Origin: Candidatus Moraniibacteriota bacterium
GTDB taxonomy: Bacteria > Patescibacteriota > Minisyncoccia > Moranbacterales > UBA1568
DNA: 64,000 bases
Assembly: GCA_016699425.1 (NCBI GenBank)
Contig: CP064975.1
Span: forward strand, 859,957-923,956
Direction: 5' to 3'
The notes beneath the pieces were generated by a model. The model was not told the DNA's origin and ran no database searches. It was given only the letters and a program-made list of their open reading frames with translations. The translations under genes were made by a program, and so were the position numbers. Each line of letters starts with the position of its first letter. Position 1 is the first letter of the stretch. Shown in pieces: positions 50,508-60,318 of the stretch.

Positions 50508-51386
50508 CTAGGCCTGAGTGAAAAGCTTTTCCAGGAGGAGGCGCGGATTTCCTTCCTTCCGCGAAACCTGATCCAGTGTCTCGAGCACCGCATCGAGGAA
50601 GGTGACAAATGCGACTGATTGCATCGACTGCTCACCCCGCTGTCGCTCCAGTCCGATGAGCCACATTTCCAAGAGATCCGGGAGATCGTCGGGTTCGACT
50701 GCTAGTTTTTCGGCCAGACTGAGACGCTCAGCCCAGGTGAGGCGTGTAAGCTGGAACAGACCCCTCAACCGATCCTTCTTGGCGGCAAAGACAATCGGAT
50801 CCTGAGCCGCCTCGGCGATCAATCCAGGGAGTCCGAGCGAAAAGAAAAAATCTGGTACGTCGACCTTGGGGAAGTGCGTACGCAGTTCACTACTCGTCAG
50901 TGGAGTGAAGGTGACCGTGAACAGCCGTGAGCGTACCGTCGGCAGGAGCTGGCCCGGCAGATGCGTCACGAGGATGATGATCGAAGTCGAATTGGGCTCT
51001 TCCAAAATTTTCAGCAGGGCATTTTCGGCCGAAAGCGTCAGCCGATCCGCTTCATCGATGATGACCACTCGGTACTTCCCGGATCCAGGGAAACGCGAGA
51101 GGAAAGCCTCTGCACGACGGATATCCGCAACCGACAGGGCCGCTGATTTCGCCATATCAGTCTCCGGTGTTGCGCCGTCCCGGCCGATGACGAGCACATC
51201 GCCGAGAGCTGTCTCGGTCGTGGCTCCACCACCCGACAGTTTCTCTGCGAACTCAGACGCGACGAGGAATTTCCCCAACTGGCGCGGACCAGTAAAGAGA
51301 AAACTTTGCGGTGTGACGGCCGAGGCCGCGATCCGATCGAGTTGCTCTCTCACTCCTGCATGGCCGTAGATATCCATATCAGTCAT
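50508..51386 (-). CDS. holB: DNA polymerase III delta-prime subunit
   Basis: FLFTGPRQLGK P-loop-like, VVIIDEADRLT, ARC-type LVTHLPGQLLPTVRSR. Confidence 0.8.
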   Translation of the reverse strand: MTDMDIYGHAGVREQLDRIAASAVTPQSFLFTGPRQLGKFLVASEFAEKLSGGGATTETALGDVLVIGRDGATPETDMAKSAALSVADIRRAEAFLSRFPGSGKYRVVIIDEADRLTLSAENALLKILEEPNSTSIIILVTHLPGQLLPTVRSRLFTVTFTPLTSSELRTHFPKVDVPDFFFSLGLPGLIAEAAQDPIVFAAKKDRLRGLFQLTRLTWAERLSLAEKLAVEPDDLPDLLEMWLIGLERQRGEQSMQSVAFVTFLDAVLETLDQVSRKEGNPRLLLEKLFTQA

Positions 51387-52525
51387 CGCTTCACGGCTGC
51401 AGACTGATCGACCGCTGCCCGGATGCCAGCGAGAAAGCCCGCGCTCCCGTATCGCACCAATCGCTGGCGCATGATCTCCGGCTGATACCCCTTTTCCCGC
51501 TCGAGGAAACGTCGGACGCCATCCGCGATCATCTCTGGTGTACTCCCCATGAAAAGTTCTCCGGTGACACCCGGCTCGATCAGTTCTGTCGCCGCACCAC
51601 TCGAGAGCGCGATCGTCGGAATGCCGAACGACAGCGCCTCGGCCACCACGAGACCGAAGTCTTCCTCGCTCGGTTGGATGATCGCCCGCGCTTTGGCGTA
51701 CGCATGAGCCAGCGCCGTATCACTGAGTGCTCCGGCAAACTGAATAGTCGGACCGGCGAGCTCGCGGAGCGACTGCTCCTCCGGGCCCGTACCGACCACG
51801 AGCAGCGGGAGTTCCAAACGATTGAATGCTTCAATCGCCGTATCGACGCGCTTGGACCGAGTGAGTCGCGCGACGATGAGGAAATATTCTTTCGCGGTTT
51901 CGGCTCCCACTTCGGCTGATTGCTGTTCCTGGAGGATGCCGGCTGGCGGATACACGACCGTCGAATCGCGCCGATAGTATTTCTCGACTCGCCGCCGCGT
52001 AAATTCGGAATTGACGAGCAATGTGTCTGGCCGCTCCGCTGACTGACGGTCCCAGACGCGCAGATAGGAGAGAAATATCCGGAGCAAGAGATTGCGCTCG
52101 CGGCCAAGCTCACGCAGATACTGCTCTTGGCTATCCCAGACATAGCGCATCGGCGAGTGGAGGTAGGCGATATGCCGCGTGTGAAGCCGCGTCACGAGCC
52201 CCTTCATCCATGCCCCTGAGGAAGAGATGACGAGCGGGAAGTCTCGCAAATCAATCGCCTCGACCGCGATCGCGTACAAGGGCAAGAGCCAGCGGTGCCG
52301 CCGTCTGAGCCAAGCGGGAAATTTCTGAAGGAATGAAGTCCGGATTTCGCGCCCCGGAAAGTACTTGCCGACAAAGGCTGGGTCAGCCAGCAAAGTATAA
52401 ATAGGCGCATCCGGATACGCCTCCGCGAGCACCTTGAACATCCGCTCCGCTCCGCCCCAAGCGAGGAGAAAATCATGCGCCAGAGCAATCTTTTTTCGTC
52501 CGTTTTTGGGCTTATTTTCTGGCAT
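51383..52525 (-). CDS. GT4-family glycosyltransferase
   Basis: EDFGLVVAEALSFGIPTIA EX7E motif. Confidence 0.8.
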   Translation of the reverse strand: MPENKPKNGRKKIALAHDFLLAWGGAERMFKVLAEAYPDAPIYTLLADPAFVGKYFPGREIRTSFLQKFPAWLRRRHRWLLPLYAIAVEAIDLRDFPLVISSSGAWMKGLVTRLHTRHIAYLHSPMRYVWDSQEQYLRELGRERNLLLRIFLSYLRVWDRQSAERPDTLLVNSEFTRRRVEKYYRRDSTVVYPPAGILQEQQSAEVGAETAKEYFLIVARLTRSKRVDTAIEAFNRLELPLLVVGTGPEEQSLRELAGPTIQFAGALSDTALAHAYAKARAIIQPSEEDFGLVVAEALSFGIPTIALSSGAATELIEPGVTGELFMGSTPEMIADGVRRFLEREKGYQPEIMRQRLVRYGSAGFLAGIRAAVDQSAAVKR

Positions 52526-52619
52526 ATACTACTGTTGACTTAAGTTCTACTTTGTGCTATCATGTTCTGTTCGTAGCTACGAACACCTTACCAACCCGAT
52601 TCTTACGCAAGGAGAGTTC

Positions 52620-52839
52620 CATGCAAACCCAAACTACTGCCGAAAAGCAGAACGAGAAAGATCGTCGCGACAATCGGCTGGCCAGGGGCGCACTCGTCCA
52701 CGGGTTCATCACGGGAGTATCTCTCGCAATAGGCGGAGTAAACCCTTGGGTGGCAGGCGCCGCGGTTGGGTTTACGTTCATCATCGTCTACTCCCTCTTC
52801 TCTATCCGCGCTCTACTCACCGAGCTCGCCGAGAAGTAA
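52620..52839 (+). CDS. small membrane protein (73 aa)
   Basis: ATG with GGAG RBS; two TM helices. Confidence 0.4.
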
Positions 52840-52885
52840 TACGACAACCTTGTTTTTCGACCAGGCCGAACCATTGGTTCGGCCT

Positions 52886-54025
52886 TTACCTTTGCCGCAA
52901 AAGGGCCTCTACGGACTGGGCACAGACACCCCAGGAAAATCGCCGAACATTCAAGGTACCTTTCTCTATTATATCAGCTCGCTTTTCTGGGTTCCAAACG
53001 AGCGTCGCGATCGCTTCGGCTAATTGCTCGGGTTTCAAAGGATCGACAAAGAGCGCTCCTTCCCCGGCAATTTCGGGAAGTGAAGATGTATTGGAGGTAA
53101 TTACCGGCACACCGACATTCTGCGCCTCGATCACCGGCAGCCCAAATCCCTCATAGAGGGACGGAAAGAGGGATGCTTCGGCTCCGCGGAGCCAGTGCCA
53201 TTTCTCGGCAGCGCTCACATAACCGATCTCCTGGATCGCCTTTCGGTATTTGCTCCTGGCTATCTGTTTTTCAATTTCCGAATAGCCATGACCCGGCTTT
53301 CCCGCGAGCACCAGCACATGCGGCAAGCCGGTCTTTTCTTTGAACTGCTCAAAGGCCTCGATCATCCGTCCGATATTCTTGCGCGTCTCGATCCGTCCGA
53401 TGAAAAAGAAATACGGAGTACCTGGCTCTGTTTTTTCACCCGACCCTGCTGGCCCGGCCGCCGATTGATCAGCGCCCTCATAGATAACCGCAATCTTCGA
53501 CTCCGGTACGCCGTAGAGCTGGACCAGGTCGCGCTTCGTATTTTCGGACACCGCGATTATCTGGCTCGCTACCCGCACCGAAAACCGGATGGCGGCCCGC
53601 ATATATACCCGCTGCCAGACAGAATACGCTTCAGGAAAAAATTCATACTCGAGGCCATGCACTACCACGATTGTTCGCATCTTTTTCTTACCCGACAGAA
53701 AACGAAGCGCTGTAGAGACCGGATGCAGTATCAATAGTGTGTGCAGCGGTACGAAAAGCACCTCCACGCCATCGCATAAGAGCTCCCACCCCATCCGTAT
53801 CTGCGTACAAAAGCGCGGTGCTCGCACCGTCCGTATCTCCCAGTTCTCCGGGATGTCGAAATCCGCCGCAGCATCTTCGGAACCGAGCTCTTGGCGCACG
53901 TACAAAATGACGCGATGTTCTTTCGGAACGACGCCTCGCAGATGCCGGATCACCTGATAGCTATATTCCTCTATCCCCGTCCGCCGCCGGAGGAAAGCCC
54001 GAGAGGCATCGATGCCAACTTTCAT
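52886..54025 (-). CDS. GT4-family glycosyltransferase
   Basis: EGFGLPVIEAQNVGVPVI EX7E motif. Confidence 0.8.
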   Translation of the reverse strand: MKVGIDASRAFLRRRTGIEEYSYQVIRHLRGVVPKEHRVILYVRQELGSEDAAADFDIPENWEIRTVRAPRFCTQIRMGWELLCDGVEVLFVPLHTLLILHPVSTALRFLSGKKKMRTIVVVHGLEYEFFPEAYSVWQRVYMRAAIRFSVRVASQIIAVSENTKRDLVQLYGVPESKIAVIYEGADQSAAGPAGSGEKTEPGTPYFFFIGRIETRKNIGRMIEAFEQFKEKTGLPHVLVLAGKPGHGYSEIEKQIARSKYRKAIQEIGYVSAAEKWHWLRGAEASLFPSLYEGFGLPVIEAQNVGVPVITSNTSSLPEIAGEGALFVDPLKPEQLAEAIATLVWNPEKRADIIEKGTLNVRRFSWGVCAQSVEALLRQR

Positions 54026-54117
54026 GACCTACGACTTACAACTTACAACCAACAACCAGGTGTGCTTCGGTTTTTTCATACTCTTTTCATAGTCGGTTGT
54101 CGGTCGTATGTTGTCGG

Positions 54118-55131
54118 TTATTTTCCGAGCATCAGGCTACGTTTGTAGGTATCCAGATTCTCGAGCACGATACCCGTTCCCTTCACGACACAGAACGCCG
54201 GATCATCCGCCACATAGCACGGGACATTGATCGTCTTGGCGATGAGCTGATCGAGATAACGGAGCTGTGCCGTCCCGCCCGAAAGCACCATACCCTTGTC
54301 CATGATATCCGACGCGAGTTCCGGTGGGGTTTCCTGGAGGACCTGCTTGATGACATGGATGATCTCACGCAGTTCATCCTGGATCGCTTCCGTCACTTCA
54401 TTCGAGGATAGCGTGATCGTCTTCGGCAACCCACCCATCAGGTCGCGGCCGCGCACTTCCATGTGGTCTTCTTTCACCTGAGCGATCGCCGAACCGATGC
54501 CGATCTTCACTTCCTCGGCTGTCCTATCCCCGATGGCCAGACTGTACTTGCGCTTGATATAGTCGCTGATGGCTTGGTCGATCTTGTTCCCGCCTACCCG
54601 AGCGCTGTGCGAGGCGACGATACCCCCGAGCGAGATGATGGCGATCTCGGACGTCCCGCCGCCGATATTGATGATCATGTTTCCCTGGGCGGTGTGAATC
54701 GGGATGCCAGCGCCGATGGCCGCGAGGACCGGCTCCTTCACGACATACGCCGCTTTGGCACCCGCCTTCATCGCCGCATCGACGACGGCCCGCCGCTCGG
54801 TCGAGGTGATCCCCGCCGGCACCGAGAGCACGACTTCCGGCCGGATGAAACGGATCCGCCCCATGACGCGATTGATAAAGTACTTGAGCATCGCCTCGGT
54901 CACTCGGTAGTCAGCAATCGCTCCATCGCGAAGCGGCTGGCTCGCCACGATGGTGTCCGGTGTCCGCCCCAGCATTTCTTTAGCCTCATTGCCGACAGCG
55001 AGGACTTTGTTTTCAAAAAGGGAAATAGCAACGACCGATGGTTCATTGATAACCACCCCTTCACCCGGAACAAAAACGAGTGTATTCGCCGTCCCCAAAT
55101 CGATACCGATTTTCCGTATCAGCCACTGCAT
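54118..55131 (-). CDS. mreB: rod shape-determining protein MreB
   Basis: IGIDLGTANTLVFV phosphate-1 motif, actin-fold. Confidence 0.92.
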   Translation of the reverse strand: MQWLIRKIGIDLGTANTLVFVPGEGVVINEPSVVAISLFENKVLAVGNEAKEMLGRTPDTIVASQPLRDGAIADYRVTEAMLKYFINRVMGRIRFIRPEVVLSVPAGITSTERRAVVDAAMKAGAKAAYVVKEPVLAAIGAGIPIHTAQGNMIINIGGGTSEIAIISLGGIVASHSARVGGNKIDQAISDYIKRKYSLAIGDRTAEEVKIGIGSAIAQVKEDHMEVRGRDLMGGLPKTITLSSNEVTEAIQDELREIIHVIKQVLQETPPELASDIMDKGMVLSGGTAQLRYLDQLIAKTINVPCYVADDPAFCVVKGTGIVLENLDTYKRSLMLGK

Positions 55132-55143
55132 AGGGTATCGCGT

Positions 55144-56405
55144 TTATCTCGTCTCTCGAGTGATACTCGCCCCGATCGCCGAGAGTCGTTTCTCAATTCG
55201 CTCATAGCCGCGATCAACCTGATAGATATCCTCGATAATGGTCTCACCAGATGCTGTCAGAGCGGCAATGATAAGCGATGCCCCGGCCCGCAGATCATAG
55301 CTCTTGATGACAGTCCCCCGGAGCGGTGTCCGGCCATGGACGAGCACCTGATGCGGATTGAGGACGGTCAGCTTCGCCCCATTTTTTCCGACTCAACCAC
55401 ATAATTGAACCGCCCCTCAAACATCGTATCGAAAATAAGCGTCTCACCCTCTGCCTGGGTCGCGAGCACGGCGAGCGGTGCCTGGATATCGGTCGGGATG
55501 CCAGGATACGGTCGAGTGTCGATCTTCGGCACCGCCCGAAGCGTCTCGGCCGGATGCACCGTGATCGCATCTGGGGCGATGGTGAAGTGCGCACCGAATT
55601 CCTTCAACTTTTCTAGGACGATATCGAGATCATCTTCGCGGGCATGCTCAACCGTGATTTCACTCCCCGTCGCGACTCCGAGGGCGAGAAAGGTCGCGGC
55701 TTCATTGTGGTCCGGCATGATAGCATGCGTCGCACCCGCAAGTTCGGAGCGACCCGTGATGACGATCGTGTGCGTCCCGAGTCCAGAAACTTGGGCGCCC
55801 ATCTTTTGGAGAAAGCGTCCGAGGTCGACAACATGTGGCTCGCAGGCCGCGATCTTGATGACAGTCTCGTCCGGCAAGATGGCCGCGAGCATCATCGCAT
55901 TTTCGGTCGCGGTGACCGAGAGTTCCCGCAAGACGACTTTCCCAGCATGCCGTCCGCTCGCTTCAATCACGTAACCTTTCTCTGTCAGCGTGATCGCGAT
56001 GCCAAGCTTAGCGAGCGCATCGACATGTGTATCCACCGGCCGCGCCCCGATGACACAGCCACCCGGTTGACGCAGCTCGAAATGATCGAAGCGCGCCGAC
56101 AGCGACCCGAGGAGCAAGATCGACGAACGGAGCCGCTTCACCTTGTCCTGGTCAGCGCGCGCCGGGTCAATCGTCCCTGGAGTGATGACAACCGTCCGCT
56201 CTCCCTGCCACTCGACCGTCGCTCCCAGGCTCTCGACGATTTCGAGCATGCGGAACACATCCTCGATCCGCGGCATATTCTCGAGTACCGAACGCTCACG
56301 AGACAAGAGCGTCGCCGCGATGATCGGCGTCGCCGCATTCTTCAGGCCATAGACGGGAATAGTCCCGGCGAGCCGTTTTCCACCTTGGATACGAAAGACT
56401 TCCAT
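55144..56405 (-). pseudogene. murA: UDP-N-acetylglucosamine 1-carboxyvinyltransferase interrupted by -1 frameshift in an A7/T7 run (or homopolymer sequencing error)
   Basis: Two adjacent MurA-homologous ORFs (55368..56405 and 55144..55347) in different frames; frame restored if the tract ccccattttttt at ~55398-55404 has one more T. Confidence 0.7.
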
Positions 56406-56649
56406 AACCCCGAGTATAGCTCGAACGAGGGCTTATTTCAAGGCGGGAAAAGGCCTATTTTCTGGGCCAGAAATGATAATCCGCCCATCAGCCGGAGCCG
56501 AGAGCGGAATCATTGATGTGGGCGGCAGGCCTCTATTAGTGCTGCCGCGTGGGACAGGGACACCTGTTCCAAAATTGGTTGAAAGCGTTTTCGCGCTTTT
56601 CTTTTGTTTTTGTATTTTGTTTTTCGCACAGAACAGTGTAAAAAAATAA

Positions 56650-56676
56650 GAAAACGGGCTTTCACCCGTTTTTCGC
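56650..56676. terminator. bidirectional Rho-independent terminator downstream of RT
   Basis: aaaacgggctttcacccgttttt. Confidence 0.6.
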
Positions 56677-56716
56677 TTCTTTTACTTTACCAGTATAGCA
56701 GCTTTCAACCCGGTTG

Positions 56717-57589
56717 TCAAAGCTGATTCGCTATCTTCTGTTGTAGTTTCCTCCCATTCCCCCACCCAAGCATTCCGAGGTACGAAGCTACTGTTTCTTC
56801 TTTTCCTCCAGTGGCCTCCACTCGTCGCAGCATCCGCCGCTTCGTCACCGTCCGGAGTACTCGGTGATCCGAGAAATGCACCCAGCCGAGGAAATCCACT
56901 CCGCTTGCGACAGTTCTGATGAACACCTTGTCGGGGTGGAGCTCGAGTCGAAGATTGAGTCTGAGAAACGCATCCATCAGAATGAGTATATTTTTCAACT
57001 CATTTTCATTCTTGGAAAATACGACGAAATCATCTGCATACCGGATGTAATATTTCGCTTTCAGTTGCTGTTTCACAAACTGGTCGAGCTCGTTGAGATA
57101 GATATTGATGAGGAGTTGCGAAGTCAAATTGCCAAGCGGAAGCCCTCGGCCAGGTGTCCCCGAATCAAAGCTGGTGATGACTCTTTCCAGCAGCCAGAGC
57201 GTATCGGGATCAGCGATGTGTTTTTTGAGGATACCTATGAGCACACCCTGGTCGACCGAGGCGAAGCATTTCCTGATATCGCCCTTCAGCACCCAGACCG
57301 TCCGAGTGTGATTGTTCGAGACCTTCCGACCAAATGTCCGAAAACGATTGAGGGCTCGGTGTACTCCCTTCCCAATCCGACACGAATACGAATCAGCGAT
57401 GAAGGTCCGGTCAAAGCATGGATAGAGGGTACGATAGATCGCATGATGAAGGAGTCGGTCTCGCACTGACGCCTTGTGGATATCTCGCGGTTTCGGATCA
57501 TTCACCCTGAAGGCCTGGTATGGGCCGTGCGTATAGGTTCTCGTCTTGAGTGATTCATGGAGAGCGATCAGATGATCCATGAGATGCAA
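56717..57589 (-). CDS. DGR reverse transcriptase (track ORF from TTG; conserved N-terminal motifs continue in frame upstream to ~57725 through a G9 tract)
   Basis: YADD box (YIRYADDFVVF); DGR-specific LPLGNLTSQLLINIY; TYTHGPY; upstream in-frame IISIDNLLLAWTEFKRGKTKKR matches DGR RT N-terminus. Confidence 0.88.
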   Translation of the reverse strand: MHLMDHLIALHESLKTRTYTHGPYQAFRVNDPKPRDIHKASVRDRLLHHAIYRTLYPCFDRTFIADSYSCRIGKGVHRALNRFRTFGRKVSNNHTRTVWVLKGDIRKCFASVDQGVLIGILKKHIADPDTLWLLERVITSFDSGTPGRGLPLGNLTSQLLINIYLNELDQFVKQQLKAKYYIRYADDFVVFSKNENELKNILILMDAFLRLNLRLELHPDKVFIRTVASGVDFLGWVHFSDHRVLRTVTKRRMLRRVEATGGKEETVASYLGMLGWGNGRKLQQKIANQL

Positions 57590-57742
57590 TTCAAACTCCT
57601 GGACGTCTCTCTTCTTGGTTTTTCCCCGTTTGAACTCGGTCCAGGCGAGGAGAAGGTTATCGATGGAAATGATATCATCATAGGTGATATCTAATTTCCT
57701 TTTCTTCGCATATGCCTCAAATGACGCCCCCCCCCGAAGCTC

Positions 57743-58087
57743 TTGCCGATTCTTGAGAAACTAAAGATTGCATACGCTTTGTGGTATAGCTTTTTGCTTA
57801 TCCTACCAAAAACCCATCGGCATTCGCTCGGATCGAGAATTGATGATTTGTTTGTTGAGACAATCGAGGGAATAGCCACCGCAGCTTTTCTCTCGCCAGT
57901 GGAGAAACTTCCCTATGTGAAGTATGGGGTGAGAAAGCTCGACACCCTCAAGATACTCCTCATGATCCTCTGGGAGACCAAGTCACTGGATGACAAGAAA
58001 TATATCGCTCTTTCGGAGAGACTGAATGAGATAGGCAGAATGCTCGGCGGCTGGCAAGGACAGCTCCAAAAGAAAACTCTCCCGTAG
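57743..58087 (+). CDS. avd: DGR accessory variability determinant (Avd); TTG start right after C9 tract
   Basis: PKTHRHSLGSRIDD and C-terminal NEIGRMLGGWQGQLQKK match Avd four-helix-bundle family hallmarks. Confidence 0.8.
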   Translation: MPILEKLKIAYALWYSFLLILPKTHRHSLGSRIDDLFVETIEGIATAAFLSPVEKLPYVKYGVRKLDTLKILLMILWETKSLDDKKYIALSERLNEIGRMLGGWQGQLQKKTLP

Positions 58088-58106
58088 AAGGAGAGAATGA
58101 AGAGAC

Positions 58107-58260
58107 TGGCGAGACGGGGAACGCGAAGGCTCCATCATCGTTCCAGTTGTTGCCCGGGTTATCGTAGTAGGCATTCACCTGCTGCCCATCGTCGTTACGG
58201 TTCGATTCGAGGATGTTCGGGTTACCGTCGGAAATGTATATTCTGCCACCTATACCACCA
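58107..58260 (-). repeat. DGR template repeat (TR), Asn-codon rich
   Basis: ~150-bp copy of target 3' end; 19 of ~23 mismatches are TR-adenines (coding sense); reads NAYYDNPGNNWNDDGAFAFPVS. Confidence 0.85.
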
Positions 58261-58627
58261 CCCGTTGACTACTCGCCGGGTTGAATCGTATCCGGTATCT
58301 CCAATACCTTAGCAGAATAGACCAAGTATCTTCATTTTTTAACCCTTCAACTTGCTCAGGGTCATCCTGAGTCTTTTATCGAAGGATGAAGTGTCTGCAC
58401 AAGCCACTCTCTTTGAAGCCGTAATCGCAAAGACTCTCGGCTTGTGGATACTGGATTCGGCCGCGGAAAACCGTAGTCGCCCGCAGATTCGCTTACTACC
58501 AATTTCAGTATATCAAAATAATAAATTTGAAGAAAATGTAAACCCCGCACTACCGTTCGGTAAAATGCGGGGCCCAAGGACTAAGTATCAAGGGTCTAAG
58601 AGACCAAAGGTACAGAGTCCGAAGTGC

Positions 58628-59335
58628 TTATTGCGAGACGGGGAACGCGAAGGCTCCATCATCGTGCCAGTAGTGGCCCGGGTAAGCGCAGTAGGCAAGC
58701 AGCTGCTGCCCAACGACGTACCGGTACGAAGCGAGGAAGTCCGGGCTACCGTCGGAATCGATGATGGGTTCGTGGGGCACGGCGACGTAGTAGATGCCCC
58801 AGCGCTCCAGTTGCTCATCAGAAATCGCTTCCCGGATGAGGAGTGCCAGTTCACCGCGGAGGTCATTAGACTTCCCGTAGTCGCGCTCACCCCTTGCCCG
58901 TAGGTTGGCAGTAGTGCGCTCGGTATCGGTATCGAACTCCTTCTTGCCGAACAAGAGCGCAACGGTGTATTGCTTACCCGGCTCCAAGCGATGCTTCTCG
59001 TTGTAGTCGGGCTTGCCGAGGATATCTCTCGCCCATTTGGTGAAGTTCATCCCGCCAGTTTCGCCGTGTTTGGACCACTCCTCATTCGTCCAGCCACGGC
59101 CGGTCAGAGTGACGAGGATACGGCCGTGCTTGTCGGTCTTGTAAAGCGGGCCGAGGCCGAGGAGCTTGCGGAACTCGTCACGCGGCGGAATAGTTCCCGC
59201 CACGCAAGCTTCCGCGATATCCGCGATCCTGCCTTCGCCCAGGAGCTTATCTTGCCAGAGCTCCGGGGTGACGCCTTTTTGCAGGAGAGTGTCGTGAAGC
59301 TTCGTAACTTGCGGGAATGAAATAGAGGTGCACAT
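58628..59335 (-). CDS. DGR target (variable) protein, VR at C-terminus
   Basis: 235-aa ORF; C-terminal ...LLAYCAYPGHYWHDDGAFAFPVSQ corresponds to TR; small hairpin gggtctaagagacc and terminator downstream. Confidence 0.8.
   Translation of the reverse strand: MCTSISFPQVTKLHDTLLQKGVTPELWQDKLLGEGRIADIAEACVAGTIPPRDEFRKLLGLGPLYKTDKHGRILVTLTGRGWTNEEWSKHGETGGMNFTKWARDILGKPDYNEKHRLEPGKQYTVALLFGKKEFDTDTERTTANLRARGERDYGKSNDLRGELALLIREAISDEQLERWGIYYVAVPHEPIIDSDGSPDFLASYRYVVGQQLLAYCAYPGHYWHDDGAFAFPVSQ
58630..58785 (-). repeat. DGR variable repeat (VR)
   Basis: Aligned to TR with adenine-specific substitutions. Confidence 0.85.
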
Positions 59336-59595
59336 TGCAGTCTCCTAACTATGCTAGTCCTTGCGGGTAGCCGCTATAAGCTCTCGAAAGATTCGAGTTT
59401 GCCAGAGCAGAGAAAGGCCTAGGAAAGCCACTTTCTGCTCTGGCAAAAATCATGATTTTTAACGAACAATCCATTATACACCTTTTTCCTGTTTCTGTCC
59501 AGGGTAATATATTCGAGCGCGAAAAAGAGGCTTTCTAGAGCCTCTTACCACGAGCTACACATCTACTCGCTATCCGGCTAGTGCGTGCCACCTCG

Positions 59596-59670
59596 CCGGA
59601 TGAAATCGTACGCCGCGAGGGCAGCGGTGACGCCGAGGCCAGCCGAGATGTTGTTCTGCTTCTCGTAATA
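59596..59670. repeat. degenerate duplicate of trxB 3' end (encodes ...NNISAGLGVTAALAAYDFIRRGGTH*)
   Basis: ~87% identity to 60660-60728. Confidence 0.75.
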
Positions 59671-59697
59671 CGTCAAAGCCGCCACCGCGCTTACTCC

Positions 59698-60318
59698 CTA
59701 TGCTTCGCTCAGACTGAAGTTCATCAACATCTTCTTTATATCTTCATCGTTTTTTTCAAAACCCGGGCGATACATCACCGCTTCGGAATAATCGACATCA
59801 TCAAAGTAAGCAAGCTGCGAACGGAAATTCTTTTCATTGAACTCTTCGCCGAAAATACTCTCCGCTCTGTCGGCGATTTCCCGTAACGAATGCCTCGTCT
59901 CCAAAATGAAACAAATGTCGACATAATCCTTCCATTTCGCTCTCCTGCCAAGCGCGTAGGCCTTCATCGATGCGAGTGTGAGAAGCTCCGGCAATCGGGC
60001 GGTGTCATCCCAGAGGACGGGGTATTCGAGAGCGAACGGGTATCGGAGAAACGTGAGCTTCACGCCGTCCGTGAGTACCGTATATTCTTCCGGGGTATCG
60101 ACGAGCGTCCGGATATTCTTTCCGAAAGCGATGATGTCTCGCCGGAGCGCATCGGTACGAAGAGGTTCCGCGGTGAAGAGATCGAAGTCGATGGATGCGC
60201 GGTGTCCGATATGGAGAGCTATCGCCGTCCCGCCCACCAGACCGAAATCAGTGCGAAACTTCTGCAGAAGCGGAAGTAAGGTCTTCTGTTGTTCCGAAAG
60301 AATGTCAGCGTGCAGCAT
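59698..60318 (-). CDS. nucleotidyltransferase, AbiEii/AbiGii toxin family (type IV TA)
   Basis: LVGGTAIALHIGHRASIDFDLFT motif; start chosen at MLHADIL; track ORF extends to 60462. Confidence 0.7.
   Translation of the reverse strand: MLHADILSEQQKTLLPLLQKFRTDFGLVGGTAIALHIGHRASIDFDLFTAEPLRTDALRRDIIAFGKNIRTLVDTPEEYTVLTDGVKLTFLRYPFALEYPVLWDDTARLPELLTLASMKAYALGRRAKWKDYVDICFILETRHSLREIADRAESIFGEEFNEKNFRSQLAYFDDVDYSEAVMYRPGFEKNDEDIKKMLMNFSLSEA

Larger units (their letters stand above)
56717..59335 (-). mobile_element. diversity-generating retroelement (RT, Avd, TR, target gene with VR)
   Basis: See component features. Confidence 0.85.

Noticed and set aside
55144-55347. 67-aa ORF as an independent gene
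   Set aside because: It is the C-terminus of MurA displaced by a homopolymer frameshift.
57960-58178. 72-aa minus-strand ORF (MNAYYDNPGNNWNDDGAFAFPVS...)
   Set aside because: It is the DGR template repeat read as protein, not a gene. The overlapping 57983..58174 and 58097..58312 ORFs are likewise spurious.
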